From the NCBI GenBank assembly GCA_035688805.1, contig DASSMQ010000047.1, forward strand, positions 9,135 through 73,134: DNA of 64,000 nucleotides, in the 5' to 3' direction. The DNA is from Candidatus Limnocylindrales bacterium. GTDB lineage: Bacteria; Chloroflexota; Limnocylindria; Limnocylindrales; CSP1-4. A program made the translations under genes and the position numbers. Below the pieces are notes generated by a model. That model ran no database searches and was not told the DNA's origin. It was given only the letters and a program-made list of their open reading frames with translations. This document shows positions 44,265-53,542 of this stretch, one piece after another; the stretch's first letter is position 1; every line of letters begins with the position of its first letter.

Positions 44265-47200
44265 GTGATTGGCCCCGACCCCGGCGCAGACGAGCGAGGC
44301 ACGGGAGCGCCGCCTCGGTCGACCGGGATCGGAGGGGCCGTCGGCGCGATCCTGATCGTCCTCGTCCTGGGACTCGCGCTCCGGCTCGTCCTTTTATACC
44401 TGCTCCCGGGCGCGGGGTTCGATACGGATCTCGCATCCTTCCGGGCCTGGGCGGCGGATCTGGCACGTAACGGAGTGGGCGGCTTCTACGCTCGGCCCTT
44501 CTTCCACGACTATCCGCCGGGCTACATGTACGTGCTGTGGCTGGTCGGGACCGTCGGATCGTGGCTGGGCGGCGTCGGTGACCTGATCAAGATCCCGCCG
44601 GTCCTGGCCGATCTCGGGGTCGCGTACCTCGTCTGGTCGATGGTCCGGGAGCTGGGCGGGAGCGAGCGATCCGCGCTGATCGGCGCGACGGCGGTCATGG
44701 TCAACCCGGTCTTCTGGTTCGACAACGTCGTCTGGGGCCAGGTCGACTCGTTCGGCCTCATGTTCCTCCTGCTCGGCCTGCGGGCGCTGTGGCGCGATCA
44801 GCCGGCCCAGTCGGCCGTGTTCGCGGTCATCGCGGCGGTCATCAAGCCCCAGCTCGGGATCCTGATCCCGATCGTGGCCCTCATCGCCTTCCGGCGATCG
44901 CGGCGGGAGCCGCTCCGCGTGCTCCGGACGGGGCTCGCTGGGTATCTGACCGCCGTGGTCCTGTGCTTCCCGTTCGGGCTGTCGGTCATCGACCTCGTGC
45001 CGACGCCGCCGTTCCTGCACTCGGGCCTGCTCGACCAGGTCGCCGTCGCAGGTGCCGGGTATCCCTACCTCACGGTCAATGCCTACAACGCCTGGGCGCT
45101 CGTCCCGGGCGACCTCGGGGTGAGCCTGGCGCACGGCGGCCAGTGGGTCTGCGATGCGGCCGCGACCGCGGCCGATCGGTGCGGTGCCGGCATCGCCCAG
45201 TACGGGCCGATCCCGGCGGCCGCGATCGGGGCCGTCCTGCTGCTCCTGGTGATGGTCACGGTCCTCATCGTGATCTGGCGCCGACCCGACCGACTGACGC
45301 TGCTGGTGGGGCTGGCCATCGTGGCACTGGCGTTCTTCGCGGCCCCCACCCGCGTCCACGAGCGCTACGGCTTCCCGTTCTTCGCGTTGGGCGCGATCCT
45401 GTTGGCCGTGTCGCCGCGGTGGCGCCTGGCCTACCTGCTGCTATCGATCGCGACATTCCTGAACCTGTACGTCGTGCTCACGACGCTCTATCCGCCCGAC
45501 GATCCGCTGACCAACCCGGTGCGCGACTGGCTCGGCATCGGCGACCTGATCCGCTCCGAAGCCGGCGTGATCATCGTGGTCCTGCTCCATAGCGTGACCG
45601 CAGTGTGGGTCTGGTTGCAGGTGCGAGCGCCGGCCGCGGGTCGGCTGTCGGACGAAGCGACCTCCGGTGACGGAGTGTTGCGGATCGGACGGCCGGGCCT
45701 GGCTGGACGGCTGACCGGGGGCTCGCCGAGTCCGGTGTCGCCTGCCGCGGTCGCGTCCTCCGCCGGCACGGCCACCGCAGCGGTGACGCCGGTGACAGCC
45801 ATCGGCCGCATCCGGAGCGGGGCCATGCTGGGGCCCTTTCGGGCGGGGGCGAGCCTGCCCACCTGGTCCGATCGGCCGTCACTCGACGAGGTCGGCCTGA
45901 CCGGATGGGTGGCTGATCGCCTGCGAGCGGCGCCGTTCCGGGCCGACCGGACCGCCACGCTTCGTCACGAAGGAGGCGGCCGGCTCGATCGGCTGGATGT
46001 CTGGCTGCTCGTGGTCGTGCTGCTGTCGACCCTCGGGCTCCGCCTGTTCCGCCTCGCCGAGCCCTACCAGATGCACTTCGATGAGGTGTACCACGCCCGG
46101 ACCGCGACCGAATTCCTCCAGTCGTGGCGATACGGCGAGGACCACGACATCTATGAGTGGACCCATCCGCATCTGGCCAAGTACGCGATGGCCGCCGGGC
46201 TCGTGCTCTGGGGCGGCGACCACGTCGAGGCGATGAGCGACCTGGGCGCACCGGTCCGGGCGGTCGCGATCGAGCATCGCCGTGTCGCCACGGACGCCTC
46301 GTCGTCCACCGGGGAGCGGGTCTACCTCGCGACCGATACGGGCATCCTCGTCGAGGACCTCCGGACCCGAGACACGATTCGGACGATCGATGCGCGTGGC
46401 ATCACGGCACTGGCGGTCGACGAGACGGGTGCCCGGCTCGTCGCCGCCGATGGATCCGGTGCGATCTCGACGATCGATCTCGATGCGATCGAGGCCTCCG
46501 ACTCGGCGGCCGCGCCGCTGAGCCTGACGCCCCTGGCCGACGTCGGCCATCCGATCGCCCATCTCCTCGTCACCGACGACGGGACCACCATCCTCGGAGC
46601 GTCCGACCAGTCGATCACGTCGGTCGACGCGGCGAGCGGCGACATCCTCGGCACGGGCGACTACGACGGGATCGCCGACCTCGCCCCCGCCGGAAGCGGT
46701 CCGAACCTGAGCGCCGACCGGGCAGCCATCGACGACCCGGCCGCCGTCGCATCGACGCTGGCGGGGATCCTCGGAACGGAGGCCGCAGAGATCGAGGCTC
46801 GCCTGACGAACGCGGCGCCCGATGCCACGGTGCTCCTCGGTAGCCCGGGCAGCGGCGAGACGCGCAAGAAGGTGGACGCGGCGATCGCCGACGGGCGACT
46901 GCCCGGGGTGAGCATCGTCGACCTGCCCCGCGTCGCGCTTGCGACCGTCGAGGGCATCGCGGTCATCGATCCTACGACCACCGCCCTGGCGAGCTCGATC
47001 AGCCTCGATGGCGGGGCACACGGCTTGGGCGTCGTGACGGGGATCGACCAGCTGAAGCTGTACGCGACGGTCGGGTCCGCGGCCGCCCCTGGCTACGAGG
47101 TCATCAAGATCGCCGGGGATGACACGGCCGACGGTCCGGTCGATCTCGGGCGTCATCCGTTGCCGGGCCCCGGGACACGCGTCGCCTACGACGAAGCCAG

Positions 47201-49604
47201 CCAGGAGGTGCACATCCTCGGGCAGGCTCCGCACGGGGCGTCGGGCTGGACGGTGTACGTGATCGAACCGCACGCGAACGCCGTCTATACCGATGCGGCG
47301 CTGCCATACGGATTCGTGCCGGCCGGCTGGGCGATGGACGTGGATTCGGCGTACCCGAGCGAGGACCGCGAACAGCTCCTCGTCGCCGACACGGGCGGGC
47401 GCGTGGCCTCGATCGATGTCGGATCGCATGCCTTCGCCTGGCGTCTGCCCGGCGTCATCGCGGGAGTGCTGACGGCGGTCGCGCTGTATCTGCTCACGCG
47501 CATCCTGTTCCGCCGCCGCCTGGTGGCCGGCCTCGTGGCGCTCTTCACGCTGGTCGACGGGATGACCTTCGTCCAGGCGCGGATCGGCATGAACGACGTG
47601 TACGTCGGCCTCTTCATCGTGGCCGCCTACGCGCTCTTCGCCGCCATCTGGACCGGCTGGTGGCGCAGCCGAGCCGCGTTCTGGGTCGGTCTGCCCATCG
47701 TCGGGTCGTTGCTGGGCCTGGCACTCGCCTCGAAATGGGTAGCCGCCTATGCCATCGGTGCGCTTGTCCTGCTGCTGCTGGTCCGCAGCGCGCTGGGCCG
47801 GGTCGTCGCGGTACTCGGGTTGTTGGCCATCACCGCCGTCCTGGGCCATGCTGCGATCAGCGTGCCGACCGGCCAAGGCGCCGGTAACCTGCCATTCCTG
47901 ACGATCATGATCGCCCTCACGCTGCTGGCCGTGATCGTCGCGATCTTCCGTCCGGTCGCCTGGACCGACGAGGAGATGTGGGTCGCTCTCGCGGCCCCGA
48001 CCGTGGCCGGGGCAGCGCTGTTCTTCGGCGCCCTGGCGACCGGCCACCTCGGGACCGCGATCGTGCTCGGGCCGATCTCGGCGACCCCGTTACTGCTGGC
48101 GATCGCCGCGTCGCTTGGCTCGATCATCGTGTACGCGGCCTTCCGGATCGGGGCGGCGCTCGGGTACGGGCCCCTTGCGGTCGCAGACTCGCTCGAGGGC
48201 AGCGCCGCGATCCTCGATCCGCCGGCGCCACCGCCGACCGGTTGGGCCCTGCCCGGGCGCTGGTTCGGGCTGCCGCTCGCCTGGGCCGCCCTGTCGCTGA
48301 TCGCGATCCCCCTGGCCGTCTATCTGGTGAGCTACCTGCCGTGGGCCGCGATCGGTGGCCACCGGCTCTGGCCGGGCTTCCCCGCGGGCCACACCGGCCA
48401 GACGCTGGCGGACCTCACCCGCTCCATGTACGCCTATCACAACGACCTGACGACACCACACCCGGCGTCGTCGCCGTGGTGGGCGTTCCCCTTCGACCTC
48501 AAGCCCGTCTGGTTCTACCAGGAGGGCCTGGCCGGCGGGACGAGCGCCGCGATCTACGACTCGGGCAACCTGGTCATCTGGTGGTTCGGGCTCGTGGCCG
48601 TCGCGTTCGTGTCGGTGATGGCCTTCCGGCGCCGGAGCCTCGCCCTGGCCCTCGTCGCCATCGCATTCGCCGGTCAGTGGGTTCCCTGGGCACGGATCGA
48701 CCGGGCAGCGTTCCAGTACCACTACTACACGGCCCTGCCGTTCCTGATCATCGCGCTGGCCTATCTCGTGGCCGAGCTCTGGCAGGGGGCCTCGCGGCGG
48801 ACCTGGCTGGCGGTGCGTCTGGCCGGCGCCGGTGCGGTCCTCGCGCCGGCGCTCCTATGGCTCTTCTCGCGGCCCCTCTGCGCGCTCGTCGGCGTCACCA
48901 TCGTGAACCCGGGCTCACAGGCCTGCCCGGCGGTCATCCCGGACGTCCTCGTGACCGTGCGCACGATCGGCCTGCTCTCGGTGGTGGCGATCGGCGCGAT
49001 CGTCCTGGGTCGCAGCCTGAGCCTGCTCCAGCGCAGCGCCGAGGATCCCGACGCGCCGTGGACGGCCGGACCGTTGCGCGCCAGCGTCCTCTGGTCGGCT
49101 GCCGTGGCCGCCGCGTTCGTCGGCGTCACGTTCCTGCCGGACGTCGCCGTGCTGACCTGGCGCGGGATCCCGGTCGAGCCGGTCGCGCTGATCGTCCTCC
49201 TGCCCCTGCTCTACCTGGCGGGCCAGATCCTGGCGGCGCGCGATGGGCGGCGCTTCGCGGCCGGTCTCGCGGTCGCGTGCGTGGCCTGGTTCCTGATCTG
49301 GTATCCGAACCTGTCGGCGCTGCCGCTCCCGGCGGCCGTGGTGAACGCCTACCAGGGCGTGTTGCCGACCTACCTGTACGCGTTCCAGTTCCCGGTCAAC
49401 ACCGCTCCGCGGACGGCGGGAGTCCCGCTCCTGAGCCCGGCGTTCGCCGTGTTGACGCTCGCCATCGCGGTCACCTGCCTGGTGGTCGCCTACTCGGCCT
49501 CCACCTGGCGGCTGGCCCTCGCCGAGTCGAAGGCGGCCGTCGGGACTGGCGGCTCCTCCGACGACGACTCGAGCGCCCTCGCCCGGACCGGTGGGGGAGC
49601 CTGA
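44265..49604 (+). CDS. Giant fusion of two GT-C glycosyltransferase modules, the C-terminal one PMT-like with a large loop insertion
   Basis: The track ORF starts at 44145, but that would overlap the divergent gene, so I prefer GTG 44265. Module 1 has GFDTDLASFRAWAADLARNG...FYARPFFHDYPPGYMYVLW. Module 2 has LRLFRLAEPYQMHFDEVYHARTA (DE motif at 46080-46085), then VDGMTFVQARIGMNDVY and PHPASSPWWAFPFDLKPVWFY, which are Pmt-like. Confidence 0.7.
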   Translation: MIGPDPGADERGTGAPPRSTGIGGAVGAILIVLVLGLALRLVLLYLLPGAGFDTDLASFRAWAADLARNGVGGFYARPFFHDYPPGYMYVLWLVGTVGSWLGGVGDLIKIPPVLADLGVAYLVWSMVRELGGSERSALIGATAVMVNPVFWFDNVVWGQVDSFGLMFLLLGLRALWRDQPAQSAVFAVIAAVIKPQLGILIPIVALIAFRRSRREPLRVLRTGLAGYLTAVVLCFPFGLSVIDLVPTPPFLHSGLLDQVAVAGAGYPYLTVNAYNAWALVPGDLGVSLAHGGQWVCDAAATAADRCGAGIAQYGPIPAAAIGAVLLLLVMVTVLIVIWRRPDRLTLLVGLAIVALAFFAAPTRVHERYGFPFFALGAILLAVSPRWRLAYLLLSIATFLNLYVVLTTLYPPDDPLTNPVRDWLGIGDLIRSEAGVIIVVLLHSVTAVWVWLQVRAPAAGRLSDEATSGDGVLRIGRPGLAGRLTGGSPSPVSPAAVASSAGTATAAVTPVTAIGRIRSGAMLGPFRAGASLPTWSDRPSLDEVGLTGWVADRLRAAPFRADRTATLRHEGGGRLDRLDVWLLVVVLLSTLGLRLFRLAEPYQMHFDEVYHARTATEFLQSWRYGEDHDIYEWTHPHLAKYAMAAGLVLWGGDHVEAMSDLGAPVRAVAIEHRRVATDASSSTGERVYLATDTGILVEDLRTRDTIRTIDARGITALAVDETGARLVAADGSGAISTIDLDAIEASDSAAAPLSLTPLADVGHPIAHLLVTDDGTTILGASDQSITSVDAASGDILGTGDYDGIADLAPAGSGPNLSADRAAIDDPAAVASTLAGILGTEAAEIEARLTNAAPDATVLLGSPGSGETRKKVDAAIADGRLPGVSIVDLPRVALATVEGIAVIDPTTTALASSISLDGGAHGLGVVTGIDQLKLYATVGSAAAPGYEVIKIAGDDTADGPVDLGRHPLPGPGTRVAYDEASQEVHILGQAPHGASGWTVYVIEPHANAVYTDAALPYGFVPAGWAMDVDSAYPSEDREQLLVADTGGRVASIDVGSHAFAWRLPGVIAGVLTAVALYLLTRILFRRRLVAGLVALFTLVDGMTFVQARIGMNDVYVGLFIVAAYALFAAIWTGWWRSRAAFWVGLPIVGSLLGLALASKWVAAYAIGALVLLLLVRSALGRVVAVLGLLAITAVLGHAAISVPTGQGAGNLPFLTIMIALTLLAVIVAIFRPVAWTDEEMWVALAAPTVAGAALFFGALATGHLGTAIVLGPISATPLLLAIAASLGSIIVYAAFRIGAALGYGPLAVADSLEGSAAILDPPAPPPTGWALPGRWFGLPLAWAALSLIAIPLAVYLVSYLPWAAIGGHRLWPGFPAGHTGQTLADLTRSMYAYHNDLTTPHPASSPWWAFPFDLKPVWFYQEGLAGGTSAAIYDSGNLVIWWFGLVAVAFVSVMAFRRRSLALALVAIAFAGQWVPWARIDRAAFQYHYYTALPFLIIALAYLVAELWQGASRRTWLAVRLAGAGAVLAPALLWLFSRPLCALVGVTIVNPGSQACPAVIPDVLVTVRTIGLLSVVAIGAIVLGRSLSLLQRSAEDPDAPWTAGPLRASVLWSAAVAAAFVGVTFLPDVAVLTWRGIPVEPVALIVLLPLLYLAGQILAARDGRRFAAGLAVACVAWFLIWYPNLSALPLPAAVVNAYQGVLPTYLYAFQFPVNTAPRTAGVPLLSPAFAVLTLAIAVTCLVVAYSASTWRLALAESKAAVGTGGSSDDDSSALARTGGGA

Positions 49605-50755
49605 GGCACCGTCGCACGGAACCCGGACGGTAGCGAGCCGGTGACGGCCAGTCGGCGGATCACGAACCCGTAGTAATCCTCCACCTTGGCGGTCACTCGA
49701 GGCCAGCTGAACTCTTCGGCGCGCTCCCGGCCGGCGGCGCTCATCTGCTCGCGCAGGGACGGATCGCGCAGGAGGCGATCGACGGCGACGGCAAGCTCGC
49801 GCGGATCGCGCGGCGGGACGAGCAGCCCTTCACGACCGCGTCGCACGACCCCCTTGTAGCCGTGGATGTCCGAGCAGACGATCGGCGTCCCTGCGGCCAT
49901 CGCCTCCAACAGGACGATCCCGAAGGATTCGCCACCGGTCGCCGGCGACACGTACACGTCCGCTGTCTTGAACAGCTGGGCCTTCTCGGTGTCGCTGACC
50001 CGGCCGAGGAACTCGACCCCATTCAGGCCACGGGTCGCCACATAGCGTCTGGCCTCGCGCTCCTGGGGTCCACTGCCGACCACCAGCAGCCGCGATCGGG
50101 CGCCGGTCTTGCGGAGGATGCGGTGCGCCTTGAGGGCGTCGAGCAGGCCCTTTCGCGGCTCATGGCGACCCACGAACAGCACGTTGGGCGTGCCGTCCTG
50201 CCAGCGGGCGATCGGGACGGCGTTGGCGAAGCGCGGCACGTCGACCCCGTTTGGGATGACCTTGTAGTCGCCTGGAAAGAAGCGGTCGATGAAGTGGCGC
50301 GCCGCGGCGCTGACCGCGATACGGCCGTGGAGCTTGCGCGCATGCCAGCGCAGGGCGCGACTGCCGAACTCGTATGACGGCGAGAAACCGGCATAGGCGT
50401 GGAAGGTGGCGATGTTGACGCTGTCGGACTCGCGCAGCAGGAACAGCGACAGGAACGGCACGAACGGCTCGTGGAAATGGAGCACGTCGAACTGCTCGCG
50501 CTCGAGCATCCGGCCGATCTGGCTGAGGTAGCGGGGCGAGAACGTGAGCGTGCCGACCGACGCGTTGATCGGTACGGAGAAACCGACCCCGAGGCGGATG
50601 ATGTCGCCTTCGGACGCCCGCTGCGGGCCGTGGCTCGCGGTCAGGATGCGGACGTCGTGCCCCCGCTGGCGGAGGTTCTCGTAGAGGAACCCGACGTGCT
50701 GGGCGACCCCGCCGCTGGCCGGGTAGACGTACGGACAGACGAGGCCGATCTTCAC
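49490..50755 (-). CDS. GT4 glycosyltransferase, PimA-like (phosphatidylinositol mannosyltransferase candidate)
   Basis: MKIGLVCPYVYPASGGVAQHV and the EX7E region GGESFGIVLLEAMAAGTPIV. Last gene of the PI operon. The 3' tail overlaps the convergent giant gene by 115 nt. Confidence 0.75.
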   Translation of the reverse strand: MKIGLVCPYVYPASGGVAQHVGFLYENLRQRGHDVRILTASHGPQRASEGDIIRLGVGFSVPINASVGTLTFSPRYLSQIGRMLEREQFDVLHFHEPFVPFLSLFLLRESDSVNIATFHAYAGFSPSYEFGSRALRWHARKLHGRIAVSAAARHFIDRFFPGDYKVIPNGVDVPRFANAVPIARWQDGTPNVLFVGRHEPRKGLLDALKAHRILRKTGARSRLLVVGSGPQEREARRYVATRGLNGVEFLGRVSDTEKAQLFKTADVYVSPATGGESFGIVLLEAMAAGTPIVCSDIHGYKGVVRRGREGLLVPPRDPRELAVAVDRLLRDPSLREQMSAAGRERAEEFSWPRVTAKVEDYYGFVIRRLAVTGSLPSGFRATVPQAPPPVRARALESSSEEPPVPTAAFDSARASRQVEAE

Positions 50756-51552
50756 GGCTCGACGTCGCGCTCGAAGCGGGGCGGCCGGGCCCGACCGCCG
50801 GGATACCCGTGATCCCGTCCGGTGCCGGACCGGCGCACCCGGCCGACCACCTCATCCCGCGCGTCGACCGCTCGCTTGCGCAGCTGCCGCCCGAAGACGC
50901 CGACCTGACCGGTCGCGCCGTGGAAGCTTCCGCCGTGCTCGGTCGCGCGGGCGGCGATCGCGGCGCGCAGGTCGACCGCCGAGCGCCCGGGAAACGTCGT
51001 CCAGCCCGACCCGATCGCCTCGAGCGCGTGTGCGTCGCTGTCCCCGATGTGGGCCAGCTCGTGGCGATCCGCGAAACGCACCACCCGATCGTGCCACGGT
51101 CGTCCGAGGGCCGTCGGGTTGAACGTCTCGATGGCGTCCGGATGGACCGCTGGATCCGGGTCATCGAGGAGTCGGCGGAGCACGAAACCCTGGGCGCACA
51201 ATGGGTACGGCACGAGCGGATGGGCCGGGATCGCGATACCGCCGGCGTCATGGACGTCCGCGATCGTGCGCCCGAGCGGCCGGTACGGCGCGATGCGGCG
51301 ATCGATGAACAGCGCCAGAAGGTGTCCGCCGAGCGTCGTGACCTCTTCGCCCACGACCACCTCGACCGAGAGACCGCGGTCCCGCGCGATCGCCCGGCCG
51401 GCGATCGCCGCGTCGATCCGTTCATGGTCGGTGATGGCGATCACGTCGAGGTCGGATCGCCCGGCACGCTCGACGATCGATACCACGTCGGCCGTGCCGT
51501 CCGACGCGACCGTGTGGATGTGCAGGTCCGCCCGCCCGGTCCGAACCGTCAT
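50752..51552 (-). CDS. PHP-domain metal-dependent phosphoesterase
   Basis: The ATG at 51552 (ATGA overlap with the upstream acyltransferase stop) gives MTVRTGRADLHIHTVASDGT, then AITDHERI, PAHP and GDSDAH, which are PHP motifs. Confidence 0.75.
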   Translation of the reverse strand: MTVRTGRADLHIHTVASDGTADVVSIVERAGRSDLDVIAITDHERIDAAIAGRAIARDRGLSVEVVVGEEVTTLGGHLLALFIDRRIAPYRPLGRTIADVHDAGGIAIPAHPLVPYPLCAQGFVLRRLLDDPDPAVHPDAIETFNPTALGRPWHDRVVRFADRHELAHIGDSDAHALEAIGSGWTTFPGRSAVDLRAAIAARATEHGGSFHGATGQVGVFGRQLRKRAVDARDEVVGRVRRSGTGRDHGYPGGRARPPRFERDVEP

Positions 51553-52484
51553 GCGCTCGCCTCGAGGTCCGGCCAGATCGGGAAGAACACCGACCACCAC
51601 TGTTCGGGCGCATCGGCCACGACGAGCTCGAACGCCCGTGCCACGGCCACGGTCGTGGCGGTCGCCCGCTCCCGTCGTGACCCGCTCACCGGCACGTCGA
51701 TGGCCACGAGTCGCCCGATGTACCGACCAGGCGTCGTACGCCGGACCGCCACCACGTATGCCGGGGCGCCGGTCTCGACGGTGAGCAGGGCCGGGCCGAG
51801 GGGCAGGCTGGCAGGTGCTCCGAACAGGTCCACGGTGATCCCCCCGCCCGTGAGATCGCGGTCCCCGACCAGGCCGACGCTGATCCCGTCCCGGAGGGCC
51901 GTCGTGAGCTCGCGACGAGCCTCGCGGAGCCCGACGATCCGAACGCCCGCGGCGCCGCGGGTCCGGATGAACCAGTCCTGCAGCTCGGGATCATCGATGG
52001 TCTCCATCGGTGCGACCGCGTCGCCGACTCGTGACGCGAGATAGAGGGCGGGCAGTTCGAGCGATCCGAAATGCAGCCCGATGAAGATCGACGCCCGCCC
52101 GGGCGTGAAGGCCGCCTCGACCAGATCCGTGGTCTCGATGGTGATGGCCCGATCGACGTCCGCGGCGCGCAGCGCCGGGGTCCGCGCGACTTCGAGGTAG
52201 TAGCGCGCGGCGTGACGGAAGGAGGCGCGGACCAGCCGTTCCAGAGCCTGCGGGTCATGCGCCGCCGCTCGTGCCCGCACGGGCCCCAGATCGTGTGCTT
52301 CGAGCCACCCCGCGACCCGCCGCAGGTTGCGCCGAGCCTGGCCTGCCCTCGCCGGGGCCACTCGGTACCAGAGCTCCCCCGCCGACTCGGCCAGCGCGAT
52401 GAGCGGCCGTTCCGGCAGGTGGCAGGCGAGCCACGACAGGCTACGCAGCGCGCGACCTCGCCATCGACGACCGAGCGGCGGCAC
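51549..52484 (-). CDS. LpxL/PatA-family lysophospholipid acyltransferase (copy 2)
   Basis: HxGxxE-type motif in IGLHFGSLELP. Paralogous by eye to the upstream gene. GTG 52484 is preferred because it avoids a 121-nt overlap. Confidence 0.7.
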   Translation of the reverse strand: MPPLGRRWRGRALRSLSWLACHLPERPLIALAESAGELWYRVAPARAGQARRNLRRVAGWLEAHDLGPVRARAAAHDPQALERLVRASFRHAARYYLEVARTPALRAADVDRAITIETTDLVEAAFTPGRASIFIGLHFGSLELPALYLASRVGDAVAPMETIDDPELQDWFIRTRGAAGVRIVGLREARRELTTALRDGISVGLVGDRDLTGGGITVDLFGAPASLPLGPALLTVETGAPAYVVAVRRTTPGRYIGRLVAIDVPVSGSRRERATATTVAVARAFELVVADAPEQWWSVFFPIWPDLEASA

Positions 52485-52486
52485 GG

Positions 52487-53542
52487 TCAGCCGAACTCCG
52501 GGCTCGGACCTGGATCGGGGACGCCGGACTGCATCAGGCCGGCCCGGCGCTCGAGGTCGGCCGCCTCGTCGGCCGTGGCCGGCCAGATCGGCTTGAAGCT
52601 GTACCACTGGTCAGGAGCGGCCGCGATCGTCGTCGCCAGCGCGTCGGCCATGCTCTGGGTCGCCCGCTGCAGTTCGGCGGGGTCGTTCGAGGTGAGATCG
52701 ATCGGGGCTGGCCAGGAGACATGGAACGTGTCGTCCGGCTGGCGCCGGATGGTGATGGGCAGGATCCGCGAGCCGGTCTTTGCGGCAAGCGTGGCCGGAC
52801 CGGCCGGCAGCGCCGTCCAGTGCCCGAACAGGCGGACCGGGATGCCGTCCGAGCGGTAGCCCCAGTCGACCAGGAGCGCCAGCATCTCCCGGCGACGCAG
52901 GACCCCGAAGATCTCACGCAGGTTGCGCCAGGCGATGACCTTCACACCCCACGACTCGCGCTGACGCCGGAGGATCTCGAAGATCTCGGGGAACGCCGAA
53001 TCGTCGGCGACCACGCTGATCGGCATGTCGTGATGGGCGATGGCGGCCGCGACGGCCTCGTTGTTCCCGACGTGGCCGACCGCGAAGATGAGCCCGCCCC
53101 CGCCAGGCGTCTCGCGCCACAGTCGGCGCACCTCGTCGATATCGATGTCCGGGACGCGCGCGACGAGTTCCTCGGTCGGTCGCGACGGCAGACGCATCAA
53201 TTCCACCAGGTAGCGGCCATAGCCGCGATAGGCCCGCAGGGCCTCATCGCGGACGCGATGGTGATCGGGCGGCAGCCCGAGGACATGCGCGAAGTTGCGG
53301 TCCACCCAGCGTCGCTTGGTCGGCCAGGCGAGGTAGGACAGCTGCGAGAACCGGCCGATCACGGCCTCCGAGGGCCCTGGTGGCAGTGACGCGAGGAGCC
53401 ACGACGTCGCCCGATAGCCCAGAACGGCCAGCCGCTCCACGAGGCGCGGACTAGCGCCACCACGGCGGTGCGGTGCCTCGAGCCGGCGCTCCCGGGTCGA
53501 CGTGCCCGTCGGGGCCGGTCGCGGGTGGTCGCCCGACGTCAC
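52487..53542 (-). CDS. LpxL/PatA-family lysophospholipid acyltransferase (copy 1)
   Basis: GHVGNNE motif and general HtrB/PatA-like layout. Overlaps ino1 by 4 nt. Confidence 0.7.
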   Translation of the reverse strand: MTSGDHPRPAPTGTSTRERRLEAPHRRGGASPRLVERLAVLGYRATSWLLASLPPGPSEAVIGRFSQLSYLAWPTKRRWVDRNFAHVLGLPPDHHRVRDEALRAYRGYGRYLVELMRLPSRPTEELVARVPDIDIDEVRRLWRETPGGGGLIFAVGHVGNNEAVAAAIAHHDMPISVVADDSAFPEIFEILRRQRESWGVKVIAWRNLREIFGVLRRREMLALLVDWGYRSDGIPVRLFGHWTALPAGPATLAAKTGSRILPITIRRQPDDTFHVSWPAPIDLTSNDPAELQRATQSMADALATTIAAAPDQWYSFKPIWPATADEAADLERRAGLMQSGVPDPGPSPEFG

